Positions 24,301 through 38,065 of a stretch of 64,000 nt of DNA are shown in pieces. How positions within the stretch are numbered: the stretch's first letter is position 1; every line of letters starts with the position of its first letter. The notes beneath the pieces were generated by a model. That model saw nothing but the letters and a program-made list of their open reading frames with translations, searched no databases and was not told the origin of the DNA. The translations under genes were made by a program, and so were the position numbers. The stretch comes from Vermamoeba vermiformis (Eukaryota): the NCBI GenBank assembly GCA_045837725.1, contig JBEWZL010000179.1, forward strand, positions 434,001 to 498,000. Direction: 5' to 3'.

Positions 24301-27300
24301 GCTGCAGATCAGATCAACGACAGATGCGGTAGCCCTGCTTGCACCACCTTATTCTTGCAAGATTATATGACTGCTTTGGGAACTAAAGCTGATTCAATCG
24401 ATGCTTGCTCGACTCAAACAGCTGATGTAAGTCCAGATCAGGCAAGATCCAAAATTGAATTCTAATTTTTATTTTCCTGCAGTTCGTTCAATTCCAACAT
24501 CGATTGTTGCAACCTTACCATGCTTGCCAAGACCGATATTTGGGTGTTCGTCCTAAGGATGGTATTCCTTGTTACGCTGATTCTGAATGCGATTCTGGTC
24601 GCTGCAATCTTCTCGACAATGTTTGTGTCAATGAAGTTGAGACGCAAAAGCGAAGTTTCTTGCGCTGTGCCGTTGAAAATTTGGACAATTTCTTGGTCAC
24701 CTACATGGAGGACAAGTTGGCGATCACTTACAACGACCAAACTGAACGTCAACTTGCCTGGATCCGCAACATGTACCGAGTCAACGATTGTTCGGGTCCT
24801 TATTCTTTCCCTATGGGTAACACTAACCGATGGGTGCTCTGTAAGTGTTATTGTGCCTTTCTATAATATTGTTTACTAATGTGTCTATAGTCCCCGAAAG
24901 TAACTACAACACACTGCGTTGCAGTTACTGCGACGTTCAAAACTGCTTTGATAAGACCTGCACTTTGCCTCTCGAATGCAACATTCCTTATGATAGCATT
25001 TGCCCGAGAACTTGGGTATGTATTATAGGTCCCATTAACTATAACATATCTAATTCTCATCTTCGTAGCGCCTTTTCCAAGCGTCGCAAGCGAACTGCCG
25101 CAACACGGTCAACAATGAGTATTGCAATCGTTGCTACGGAGTTGCCGACAAAGCAGGCTGCTTAGCTGAGTGCAAAAACACGACTTCGACGTCATTTTGC
25201 GGTCTTTGCGAGAACCCCGAAGAGTGCTACAACGTGAGTAATTTAAGATTTGCTTTGTTTGCTGTGTTATTTTGTGATTCCACAAGCAAGCGGAGATTCC
25301 CTTCTTCTTCCGTCTTAATTAATTTAATTTATTGAATTAGATTGAAAGCATTACAGACCAGCCCACTTGCAGAGGCTCGCCGGTCTGCCTTCTTCACGAT
25401 CATGAAGTTGTTCCAAACTTGGCAGACTGTGGACAGACGTTCCGTTGTAACGCGACATGTTGGGACGGTGCCAATCAAGTTCCTTGCAACAACGAATCTG
25501 ATTGTCTGGCCACTGGTGTTTGCAGCGACTCGATTTTCTCTACTGGAAAGTGCGTTCTTCCCGCAAATTCGTTCCGTTTGCCCGATTGCCCGTTCTCAAC
25601 GGTCAACTTTAACCCTACTGTGCCCACTCCTGTAAGTCTTAATACAAAGTATAGAGTCCTTAACTGACTATTGGTCTCAGCTTGGTTGTGTTGATCATGC
25701 CGTCAATCAATCCTATTGTGGTACAATTGGAGGAACTTGGGTCAAAGCAGCTCACTCGAAACAAGAATGTGACGCGCATGGCTTTGGCTGCCTTGAGCCA
25801 GCTGATGATTTGAGACTTCAAAACACGCAACAGCTTACTTTGAAGAACTCTGATGAATGTCTTGCTGCCGGTGGCACTGTTGTTCCTTTGTACAAATGGC
25901 AACCCGTAAGTTCAACAAACGATGTTACGGTTGACATGTGTCATTAATATTTTTTGTCAGGCTACATGGCAAGGAGGTATTAACCGCACAGCCCAATGGC
26001 TCCCAACTGTTGTTGGCATTCGCTACACCTTGAAGGCCAATCAATTCGACTCGCTCGGTTTCTTCGACTTGATCACTGAAGCCATTCAAGCCAAGTACGG
26101 CTACGAGCTCAAGACTGAGACTAAGTGCCGATACAATCAACGTGTTGACATCTTGAACACATTGGTTTGCAGCTGTTCTCCTGACAACGCAGACACCGAA
26201 CAATGTTTCGCTTCGTACGATCCTCAGCTCTCTGTCGCGCTCAATGTGCTGTGCAAGAACTCGACGCTTAATGTTGCTGCCTCGGCCACGAACATCAATT
26301 TCTTTGGTGACTCACTGGTCCTAAAGGACGTCGGTAGTTGCACAACAATCTCGGTCTCTTCGATCAACGCCAATCAATTCAAGTTCCCTTCGAAGCCTGA
26401 CATTTCGACCTTCTTGATTGACACCAACAGCGACAAGAACTTTGCGTACCTGAACCAAAACAACGCTACCGTCGGCATTATTGTTGGTGATGGTGTTGCG
26501 TTCTATGTGAGTCAAATGATACTTCAAAAAATTACAGTGAAACTAATGTTCGTGAATAGTTCAACGGATCCAACACGATCAACAACGTTCAAATCTGCTT
26601 CCAACAACGCAATGACATTAGCTTTGCTGCTGAAGAGTACCCAGTCCCTGACATGCTCGAAGGGTGAGTCTATTACCTACTCTTATAGAATGGTACTAAT
26701 GGCTTGGCATAGTGATCTCAATGGCCAGCTGACACCCTCTGACGTCAGTGTCTCCGTCAATGGCGCGCAGATGTGCGTCACTTTGAACAGCATTCGTACG
26801 AGCACTGATAACTACACCTACGTCTACTTGCCGATTTACCGCACTGAAGACTGGGAGAATCAAGAGTTCACTTTGGTACGTCTAATAAAACCTCTATAGT
26901 CCCTCAGTAGCTAACATTAACACAGGGCTTCACGACTGGTGAAATAGCCGTCATGTCCATTATCACTGCACTCTACGGCGGTGTGTTCATATATTCCATT
27001 GTCAAGTTAGCGCTCGCTATCAAGTACAAGCTCGGTGACCAATTGAACTTCCATTTGTTCTGGCTCTTCGCGGTGCTCAGTGCGAGTAAGTCCCTGTCTA
27101 TTACCAAATTAGGAAATGACTCGCACTAACGCAAACATTGCAGTGCGTGCCATCTACTTCTTGCTTTTGTTGAACAATGTGATTGACTCGAGCACTCGTG
27201 GCATGTACGTGTTGGTTGAGTTGCCTGCATTCATCTACTTCACGGCACTCAGTCTCTTCGTGGTCACGTGGTTCTTGACGACACGTGTCTTGACTAAAGT

Positions 27301-28408
27301 CAGTCAAATCAATATTAAGAACTGGCGTAAGAAGCTGACAACCATGTGCTTGGCGATCAATTTGACAACCTACGCGATTTTCGTGCTGGTAATCATTTTG
27401 TACGAGACTTTGCCGCAACCGCCTGTTGTTACTTGCGCTGGAAGAATCACCGTATTTGACCTGACTACATCGTAAGTTTAATCATATTTAATAATATGTT
27501 ATTGAATTTAAGCAATGGTTACGCACGCTGTGTACAACATTTATGAGGAAATTTCGATCAAAGAATTAATGACAGGAGTCCACAAAAATTAATTTGTGAA
27601 AGAATCTTCGTAATTACATTATTTTTATCAATTAATGGACCCACATATATGAATTGATTTAATAACCGATTTTTCTCTGCTCCCAGGCAAACTCTTTCGC
27701 TCGTGTACCGCATCTACGTAACGGTTATTTCGTTCTTGTTGGGCTTTAGCTTTATGGTTTATGGCTTTAAAATTTATTGCCAGAGAACTTCATCAGCCAA
27801 GAACGCCGTTACAAAACGAAAAGTCTTTTGGACGACGTTGATCTGCTCAATCGGTGTCATCATCGAGTGCGCTTATTTGCTAGCCCTTATTATCAGCAGG
27901 CATAACGAGAATATTCTCTCCTTAGGTAAGTCATTGAACAATTGTCGACAGATTCGAGATCCTGATCTAACCCCATCCGTTCAGTTATTTTGGCGGTTGT
28001 CGAAGCAGTCCCTATTATCGTAGTTATGTCACTTATGAGCCATACTGGACGTACTATTACAAGCTCTACTGCTTCTAACTTCTCCACATCCACTCATTCG
28101 CGCAACCGCTCGGTACGTACTTTACGCAACTTTTCTCATAAACTACACTATACTAATACTTTTTATTATAGAACACTACATACAACTCGGGAGCTGCAAC
28201 ACCGCGTGGAGAACAGTTGTCCAGAAAATTATCTACTAGCAGTGCTATTGGCCTCGAAAGTAGCACTATCAGCCCGAGACAAAATTCGCATGTTTTGTCG
28301 CAAGTTGAGCGCGAGATCGACAAAGACGCAGACAGCACTCCTGGCGAGAACAATTTGATCGATCATACGCCTACCTCACCTGGGCACAACTCCGCATTAA
28401 AAGTGTAA
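21317..28408 (+). CDS. Large Cys-rich-ectodomain multipass membrane protein with a C-terminal 7TM-like (GPR137/TOM1-like) region
   Basis: Signal peptide in exon 1; many Cys-rich exons; hydrophobic helices VRAIYFLLL, VELPAFIYFTALSLFVVTW, FMVYGFKIY, VVEAVPII; Ser/Thr-rich tail; exon chain approximate. Confidence 0.65.
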
Positions 28409-28806
28409 ATAGTACTCGAATCCAATTCCACTAATCTATATAGATCGAGCTTGTAGCAATAGCAAACTATTTTGTAATAAAATTATTATTTATTTATTTA
28501 AGCATGATCTACGGCTTTCATTCTGGAAAATACAGAAACTGTGGAAGAACCGGATGGCTTGGGGTATTTAGCAGTATACGAAAAGGATTGCCTACCAATC
28601 ATATTAGATACGTTTCAGTGCTGATTCATAATCCATTGTTGATAAACTTACAATTCATTGGAAAAATTCATGCAGACTTCCTTTTTTTTTTTAAAAAATG
28701 ACACGTGTAAACGTAAGTTTGCAACAATTTGAATAACATGAAAGATTTATTGGCTTAAAGTCACCTTCTCTATAGTACTAGTCCTTAATTTGCGACTTCA
28801 AGGGCT

Positions 28807-31260
28807 TTACTTTTCAAGTTTGAGCTGCACAGCTTCTAATCTCTCGGCGGCTCGTTTGACAGCAGGATTGATCTCCAACACGAGCTTGTATTGTTCCGCT
28901 GCCGCCGTCAAATCTCCTTTGGCTTCTAAAGTCTCGCCAATCTCGAGGATATGGACGTAGCGGAAGATATCAAACGGCGCGTTGTTCATGATCTTCTCCA
29001 TCTGCACCAGCGCTTCATCATACTTGCCTAAAATGGTATAATAAGTTACCAATAATACTCTAAATAATTATTCATAATAATTTCAGACCTTCGAGGCGAT
29101 TAATCAGAGCATACACGAAAGATCCGATTCCATATTCTTGTTGAAGAAATTCAGCCATTTGCTTCGCTTCAATAATATTGCCAGTACGAACTAGTAATAT
29201 TCCTTTAGTCTTCATGGCCATTACGAACTCTCCTTTGTCTCCACTCTTCTGCGAGACTTGGATCGCGACGTCAACGGCTTTTAAGGCTTCATCGTACCTT
29301 TTCTATTCGTACCATTAGAACCATTTGAATATATAATGACATTAGGTACCATCGTTTCCAAGTATAAAGCCTCTTGAAGCCTGAATGCGGATTGATTTGG
29401 ATTTTCTTGGATGCGTTCCCTAACGAACGCCAAGCCTTCTTCAAAACGTTGGCTACAATAAATATAAATTAATATGCTGTTAATATATATGCTAGGCTTA
29501 CTCTGCAAAGTATAAATGATAAGCAAGAATTGGATTATCGGCCGTTAGGGTGTAGTATTTGTAACCAGCCAAAAACTCATCTCGGTATCGCTTCAATTTA
29601 ACGGAAATAATTGCTTTGAGATAATAAAGAGACGGATCGTTGCTATTTAACTCAATAGCCTTATCAATGGATTTCAAAGCCAGATCGTGTTGGTTCAGCT
29701 CATCTTCAAAAAAAATAAAATGGTTAATATGCAGGAAAAGTGAAAATAGTATCTTACAATAATTGTTTGCGAGCTTGTAATGCGCCTGGTATATATTAGG
29801 ATCCAATTCTATTGTTTTGAGAAGCATCGGAACTCCATCCGCCGGTGGCAAGATTATTCCCAAATTGAACCAGCCTGCAACAAGCTTCGGGTCAACTTCA
29901 AGTGCTAATTTGTAGCAATATGCAGCATTTTCGATGGCACCCTCGTTGCTGTAGATTCCTCCCATGTAGACCCAAGCAGCAACATTTCGAGGTAAATTGG
30001 TGAGCCAGATCTGCAATAATTGCTTCGCTGAATCGAAGTCATTCTATACGTAAATGGTAAGTACTTGTTATTAATAACGTCGTCGAGAATTAGCTACTTT
30101 AGATCCGGATGTCCCTGTTAAAATGCTTTTTGAATTAGGAACTTACTCTAGTGACAAAGAAGTTCACTATCTCGGACAAATCATTATCATATGAGGTACT
30201 ATGCTTTGGTAATAGTCTTAAAGCTTTTCCGAAATATTCTATGCCTTCCTTTGCTTTGTTTTCTTTTTCGGTCAAATGTCTGCCGTACAATACTAAAAAA
30301 AGATGATTCTCGGTAGCATCTGGGCACTCAAAAGCGGTTTTACGGAATTCATCTAAAAGAAAGTTAGATCGACTACTGAAATGTTCTAAAATCGCTTTAC
30401 CTGAACCGGTAACAATCCATAACGCTATCCATGCTGCACTTTTAGTTGGATCTATTTTAGTAGCTTGTTTAAGGTAAAATACGGCTTCATTCGCTTTTTT
30501 GTGTACGGACAAAGCCTGGCCATAACAATACGTAACGTAGTAATTGTTCGGAAAGGCTTTTGATGCCTCATCAAACAATTTATATATTGCAGCGAAATCT
30601 TCGGTCGATGTCAAGAGAGTATCCATAACACGTGTCAGCGCGGCCAGAAATTGTTCGGATGTAGGATCAAGACGCTTCAGTCCAGCAATAAAGTCATCCT
30701 GCCAAACTTCTCGTTGTAGGTATATATCTAAAACAGCTGTATCAAGCATTAATATTTGTATTGGTACTTCTGACGGTCTTACTCTTCGATGAAAGTGAGT
30801 TTAAGATCTCATCTGGCGTTACACTCTTTTCATAGGCTTTTGTTGCACAATCAAGAGCACTATTAAGATCGCCTTCTCTCCAAAGGTCTGACACGTGTTG
30901 CATTAATTCATCTGGAAGATCATTAGCGACAAAGACCGGATCTTATTTTATTGCCTTACCATAAGTTTCAGATTTATCATTATTAGATGTGCTGTAATAT
31001 TTTACAATGGATCCTGGCGACCGATGATCTATATTCGTGATACATTCTTTTAAAATATTTAATTAAAATCAAAAATAATTCTTTCAAATTGCTATCTCAC
31101 CAAATCCAGTCCTGGTCGTAGTCAATGAGATATTGGCGTAATTATTAGAATTTTTTGTTGTTCTTTTAACGCCGCCAAAGATTGACCGGTCGTTTAGCCT
31201 AGATGCCGCTCGAGCTGTTTGTCGGACGATAGATTGAAATCGCCCTATTATTCTGTGCAT
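28807..31260 (-). CDS. TPR-repeat protein with possible mitochondrial presequence
   Basis: Repeats such as AWVYMGGIY..AAYCYKLALEVDP, GWFNLG, ALKSIDKAIELNS; Arg-rich N-terminus MHRIIGRFQSIVRQTAR. Confidence 0.75.
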
Positions 31261-31393
31261 GTTCTTTGCTTGGAGGAACAAAGCAGAACTAAATTTTAAA
31301 TGAAAACGGAATTTACTGCAATGAACTCAGTGACGTAAAGACAGTTAGTTAACATTAGAGATGCTTGCTTAAAATCTTTTGTTTATTTAAAAA

Positions 31394-32788
31394 TTATTCG
31401 TCCTCATCTTCGGCCTCATCTTCATCATCTTCATTATCCTCGGAGCTCTTATTATCTTTTTCTTTCTTATCGTCCCCACTTTCATCGACTTTGATGAGTT
31501 TCTGTTCTTTAGCCCAAGCACCGATAGTTTGCGCGATCTGGTCGTTATCGAGGGTCACACCTAAGAAATCTTTGACTTTCTTCTTTGCGCCTTGATTAAA
31601 CAACGCGATCCAGCCATTAATACTATCAATTTTAGCACCAGTAATCTTCTGGATCTGTTGCGGAGTTTTGCCTTCGATATGCAACGCCAAGCACATGTGG
31701 ATCTTGCCCTTTTTAATCTTTGCAGGCAACGAGATGTATCGATAGGGCTTCATAACATATAAGGTCTGACTTTCTTCTTTTTTCTTCATGGCTAAACCGA
31801 CACGAGCGGATTTGACAATTTCTCTCTTCGGCAAATCTTCGTTAGGCTTGATATATAATTTGCTCTTATTAGTGGCGCTGAAATCGAAGCCCTTCACAAA
31901 GTCGGCAATGTTGTCGGTGCCGTTCAGTGAAAGAATGTGGTTTACACTCAAGCAAGGCCCGTCAATGATCTTGCCGTCCGTCAAGCTTTCAATGCCACGA
32001 ATCAAAATGCCGCCAAAACCCTCCTATAATAATACAATAGTATTAGCGCTGTTCACTGACAGTTAATCCGGATGTGTCAAATCCAGATTTCAATACTATG
32101 CTATTCCAGAGAGATAAAAAATAATCATATGATTGTCACTAACGTATGAAATACTATTAAGATGTTAATAGCTTACGTTCGCAATGCCAAATGTCACATC
32201 CAAGCCCTTGTAAGTTCCGCTGCGGTACTTGCCACCAGTCTTGTGGAAATACCACTGAGCGCATGTCTGTTGCATAGCATCGCAATGGCTGAAGGGATCC
32301 ATGTGATTATGACCCGTATAATAGAATTCAATTTCAACAAATCTGTGAGACCTGCCAAAAATACCGAAAAATTAGTTTACGGTCCTTACATATATAAATG
32401 ATAGTAATTTGTTGGTCGGAGTGCATAAAATGGAAAATAAAAATAAAGAATTAAAGCAGAAAATGCAACGGTAACTTTTTTTAAATATTGGTTGAACTTA
32501 CTTATTATTAACTTCGATTACGCATTTGTTCAATAATATATCAGCGATCTCGTCGAATTTTTTCTCGTATTCTTCGATGGTTTTCAAGGGCTTGGGATCC
32601 ATATTCAAAATATCTTTTAACTCAAATCTGTAAACCGCAACGATTTGTTAGCGCAAGAGATTATATTTACATAAAATATTAATCACGTACGAAGCTGTTT
32701 TCATTTTCTTGTTTGGGCTTGCATCAGCGGTATCTTCGGCTGTTTCTTCACGAGGGCGCTTAGGAGCAAAGAAGTTCTTAATAGACAT
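31394..32788 (-). CDS. 3-methyladenine (MPG/AAG)-like DNA glycosylase-fold protein with N-terminal PIP-like motif and acidic tail
   Basis: EIEFY..HMDPFSH..QWYFH..GTYKGLDVTFG, GGILIRGIE..IDGPC, SARVGL, PYRY. Confidence 0.55.
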
Positions 32789-33065
32789 GTGTGCTTTGGT
32801 GGTGGTGGTAACTGTATGTTTTAGTTATGGCGGTAGTGCGATCCAATTCCTTTTTTGCTTGTTTCGGGCGTTAATTTCCCGGCAAAAATGCGGGTGTTTT
32901 TCCCCGAAATTCAGGCTGGGATTTCGGGGAATAAAGGTTGGGCGTTGTACCGTGCCTTACCGCGGCATACCCGGACAGAGTAAGATTATCTAGATTTGGG
33001 AGAGCTAAGTGGATCCACTGTAATGACGTACGATTCAGCCTAACGACTATTTATTACTGAGTACT

Positions 33066-34387
33066 TTAGTGAATGGACACGATGATACCCTTGTCCTTGA
33101 TACCACAAACATTGTTGAAGCGACCAATGCGAATGAAACCATTCTCACCCCAAGTGGTGTCCCAGCTGTTGCGGATGTTCCAGTACTTGACTCCTTTGTC
33201 CGTCACTCCCCAGCCTTTAACAATACAAAGTAGCCGACGTTAGTAACATGTGGGTATAATATGATCAATGAGTGTTACCAGTGAGCAGCACGGCATGGTT
33301 GCGATGTCCAGTCCAGCAACCTCGTTCAATGACTCCTGAAAAAACAGGTAAGGAACATTGGCCGGAACATTCTAGAACAACAACCCAAGATTATGTGTAC
33401 CTTTCTTATAGGTCTTCCATCTACTGGCGTCAATAGCAATAGGCATTGGGCCGTACTTCTTCAAGACTTCCATGAAGTGAGTTTCAGAGGGACGAACTCC
33501 GTACCAGTCTCTGATCTTGCCAGGTCGATTAGCATTGACGTTATAATCGCATCTGCCAGTAACACCCTTGTAAGGATAGGTAGATTCGGCAACTAAGCCC
33601 TTTAATTTGACGTAAGTCAAAGCAAGACCGGGCAAACCTCCGTTGCAGCCTTGAAGGATCGGACTGAAAGTGGCGCAGTTAACGAGCTGTTGCACTGACA
33701 ACACGGGTGCTTGGCCTGTAGTGATGCCAATAACACATTCTACAGCCTCGACGGCGCTACAAAGATAATGTTACTCTAAATCTGAACACACGCACCTCAA
33801 CAACAAGAACAAATCTGATACTTACGCGTGAGCCCAGCAACTACCGCATTTACCTTGGTTCTTAACAGGAGAGCAATTAGTGCTGTTATACCTGGCAAAG
33901 ACCGAAATTAGGTTCGGAGATCAAAGGCACGGAAAAAGCTTACCATTCAAAATTATCCGGAAGTTGGTAGAATGACGCTAAGCTAGTATCATTGATATAA
34001 GTAACGTTGGTATTGTCGAAGTCTTCAGGAGTTCCCTGTAATTTGGCGAACTCGCCGTCTGTCAAATCCATAAACTGAGTAACGCCAAAGAGAGCATTGG
34101 GATTTTGCTTATTCATTTCCTCAGCCTGTTTCATATTTTCCTACGATGGAGGCGTCAATAAACTCGTTACTTGAGACCAAATCCGCTTCGAAAAATTAAT
34201 TAACCGAATAAATTACCTGAAATACGCCCAATCTATAGGCTTCTTCTTTTGGATCAGCATAGAACTTTCCGTGCTCAGCTTTGAATTGTTCGAAGAGTTG
34301 TTGGACGGCCAAGGAGTCACCAACAACGACCGGGATCGTTGCCAAGATTACAACCAAACTTGCGAGAAGCAATAATTTATGATTCAT
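33066..34387 (-). CDS. Papain-family (C1A) cysteine protease, copy 1
   Basis: Signal peptide, I29-like propeptide (FGVTQFMDLT), QGKCGSCW, NHAVLL, YWNIRNSW. Confidence 0.93.
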
Positions 34388-34542
34388 CGCGATATGAACC
34401 AAAAGCAATGTGGGTGCTGTTGTTGCTTGCAAAATGAAAATAAAATTGTTGTGCTTACGCAGAGACCTGTCAAATTTTTAGCCGGTCCTGTAAGCGGCTT
34501 AAAGTCCTGTTATCGACGTTGCGTTAATGCCGCACTAATCCT

Positions 34543-34700
34543 TGTTGCAGCCACTTGCGACTTTTCGACACACGGCCCGAGAACTCCCACCCAAGACCCC
34601 TCCCGACCCGTACCCCGTGCAACTCGTGGGTTAGGGTCCCCGGGTTAGGGTGGGGAGTTCCAAGGGGGTGTGCGTCGTAAAGTCGTAAGTGGCGGTTACA
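34543..34700. mobile_element. 158-bp fold-back MITE-like element with TGT..ACA termini and 5-bp TSD
   Basis: ATCCT at 34538-34542 and 34701-34705; terminal inverted repeats match at 25 of 31 positions; inner GAACTCCC/GGGAGTTC arms; GC-rich against an AT-rich background. Confidence 0.8.
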
Positions 34701-34990
34701 ATCCTGTACAAATCCTGCTCTAGCTTCGCACTTCCTTCAATTCTGAACTTCTTTGTCGCCCTTTAAAGCAAACTACCAAACCCGAACGTAGCCTTAACTA
34801 TGAGTATGGCCGAAGGGAGAAATCAGGGCTCGTATCGATCGAGATTTCGTTCGACGACGGCCACGTGGTTTCACTGAAATCGATCTTTTCCGGGAAATCC
34901 CGAACTTAAATAGAATGCACATTTTTTCTTTGGCTGCATATCTTTTTCGCCTGTCACCAGAAGCAACATCACTTTAATTTGGAATAACGC

Positions 34991-37807
34991 ATGGCTGAGC
35001 TGGCGAAAAAAAGAAAGCTCAGCGCAAGCGAAGTAAACGACGCTCCGCTTAAGAAAAGAAAGCTCGGGTACTGAATATAGATAAATAATGTTATTTTAAA
35101 CCGTTACTAATTTAACCAAATCCAGAGCTTCAGGAGATTCGCTAAGCCTAAGATCTTCGGGAACGATTATCAGTTTGGCTGACATCCAAAAGTAAGTCAT
35201 GCAATTACCAAACATCAAAAAATTATTTCAAAAATATTGGGTGGCAGCGATCTAATTTCTGCAGCCAATAAAATAAATTAACCGAATCTTCCTTCAGGTT
35301 GACAGTTGCTCGTTATTGCACGGTAAAACAAATAGAGAAATCCAACAATGCTTCGCCTATTATAAACGTGCAGTGGGACGCTTCAAAACTCCAATCCTGT
35401 CTTTCAACAGAGGAACTCGCAGATCAATTACTTTTAAGCAACATTATGACCGGCCATATCATCAATGGAAAGCTGTGGCCCATATTGTTGGATAATAGCC
35501 CTGACCCTCTCGTGCAAAAACGTACATTGGCCTTTATGGAGTCGCTAGCAAATGATTGGTCAATTCTCCAAACCCTCTCCGAACAAGAGCATCTTTTTTT
35601 GATGGTTGGAATCCGCGATCTTTGGCTGGCTGATTCACGTGGCTTATTAAATCAAAAAGAAAAGGCAATGCTAAACACGATCCTCGATCAACTCGAAGAT
35701 GATCTGGTCCCATCCGCCGAACATCAATCATTGACGTTCTCATTTTGCCCTACCAAGAACAGACGCGTGTTCAAATTGATCTCTCACCTCGAAGAGATGT
35801 CAGAAATCGATACATTGCTACTTCAATCCGTTGCTCAAATGAGGATCGAGTTGTACGAAGAAGATGGTGGCATTGATGAAGTTCTCTATGCTGTGTGGGT
35901 CGATCCACGTGACCTATCATATCACAATTTTGAATTTATACTGCCCTTGGATCGAGCTTTGAAACGCAAGACAAAGACCGAGAATGAAAGCCTGGACTTC
36001 AACGTGACAGGTGTCAAAAGCCTTGATGACACTATACAAATTGTGCGTGGCAAGCTTGAAGGCGCCGATACGGATCTCTTGCTTCAATTGGACAAACTAG
36101 GCTTGTATCAAAAGCCAGCCAACTCTAGCACCAGAGGCGGAGAACGATTTGTTTTCTCATCTTCGGCACTTTCAGACGGTCTTACGAAGGCAATCAAGGA
36201 GTCAAAACTTTTGAAAAAGCTTTGCCGAGGCGTCCACAAAAGCTTTCAGTTCGTGAACTATGTTTTCCGATGCAACAGATTCACCCCGAGCGACGCAAAG
36301 TTTGACATGCACCTTGACACGCCATACTACGATCCAGCTCGAAATCACATCTCGCTATATACAATGATTATATACCTCAGTAGCGGCTCTGACAAGTCAA
36401 TCTTGAAGGTCTTAGATAACAACAAAGAAAACAGAAAGAAAGTTTCAGTGAAAAAAGTTGACACGTTGGAATTCGTCATTTTTAACCAGCAATATGAACA
36501 CGAAGGCAGGCCATTCATCGATAACGACAAGATATTCTTAAGAACAGAGCTGATATTCTCGTACGATCCACAAAAACTCGTTCACAAACCAGAAGTCAGC
36601 AAAATTTTCAGTTCAGCGATCTACATGACACTCGAAAGCTCTTTTCAACCGGAGTTATCAAAGTACGCACATCAGCTATACGAAAAAGTCAACGCCGTAC
36701 ACTGGGCCCTCACTCAAGAATCGGATCCGCCTTTAGTTTTGCAAAAATGTTGGGCGGATCAGATCCCCTTCGCGACGAATGGATCTGACTACTGGTTCCC
36801 TCTCATTCAACAGAAGTCAAATGACGCTTCCAATTCCAGCAAGCTCTTATCTACGCCGCTTGGTTTCATCAAATTAGCTGCAATGATTGCTACTTTGGAC
36901 TACACGAACGCTAGTCTCAAGCGCGATAATGATGCGGAGAAATCCAAGAAAAAGAAAAAGAAGACGACGAATCCGCACGAACTATTCCAACACTTCCGAT
37001 CCAACTGCCAAGTAAAAGAAATTTCGCGGCCTTCAGACGAGCCTGAGAAAGTCAACTCCGACGACTGGATCTTGAAGCACTTATGGACGGCGGTTAACGA
37101 CAAGCGTACTATTAAACCTGAATGTGAAGCCAAACTTCCCATTGTGTTAACAAATGGTGACGAAGCCGTAGAAATCATGGACAAAGAACTCATAGACTAC
37201 AAAGATGACGACGATGAAGAAAAGTCCGAAGAAAACTCCAACAGTGAATCTTTCTGTTGTCCGTTTCATTGTAACGATGGAAACTTCGAGCCTCACAAGA
37301 ATGAAGATGTGCAAGAAGCGTACGACGAGATCATTGAATTTGGTAATGAAAGATTGTTCCGAGCCCCAGTGTTCATCTACAACCAGCAAATTCATTTGAA
37401 CCCGGAGAATATCACCGTTGAAAACGACAAAATCTTCGTTGGTTGTGGATCCAACTCGCTGCCCGCAGTCAACTTTGCGTGTAAGTAGCAACAAGTCGTT
37501 CGTATCAAATATCAATTTATACTAATGAATACATCTAGCCTGCTGGCCTGAACCTGCTTCCTCGTTTGTCGGCGTCAACCAAGAGATTCATGTGCCGCAA
37601 TTGCTCATGGCACCCATCAGCTTCATTTTGATCGCGGCGAATGACAAGACTGGCGCGGGTCCGGGAATCAGACTGATGATCGATTTGTTCAAGAACGATT
37701 GGATCATGCCTAACGACGCCGACCTTGAGAGAACTGTTAAAGTTCCAAATATGGAAGGTGGCCGTGGTGTCGACTGGCATGAGTACAATCCAGATATGGA
37801 AAATTAA
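34991..37807 (+). CDS. Hypothetical protein containing a 2OG-Fe(II) oxygenase (prolyl-hydroxylase-like) domain
   Basis: FRCNRF..FDMHLD (HxD)..YTMIIYL..VIFNQQYEHEG..KIFLRTELIF; N-terminal KKRKL twice (NLS-like). Confidence 0.65.
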
Positions 37808-38065
37808 AAGTTGCGTTTATTTTTGTTACACTGTAAGAACAAAGTTCTTGTTCAACGAGATGGTCATGATTACTGATTAGTTTTTGACCTTTCCGTGCTT
37901 TGATATGATGTTAATAGATCACTCGAAAACGGATCTGAGTTGTGGCTTGGTGAATACTTTAAGCGCATTAAGCATCTAGTACGTGCGTCTATAATACAAT
38001 TAATTAAAATTAGTATTTTGGGCTATTATTATTATTAATTATGACCGAACTTACAAAAGATCTGT

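Noticed and set aside
34628-34655. Telomerase RNA template or interstitial telomere (CCCTAACCC on the minus strand)
   Set aside because: Only two separated units, lying inside a TSD-flanked inverted-repeat element that explains them better
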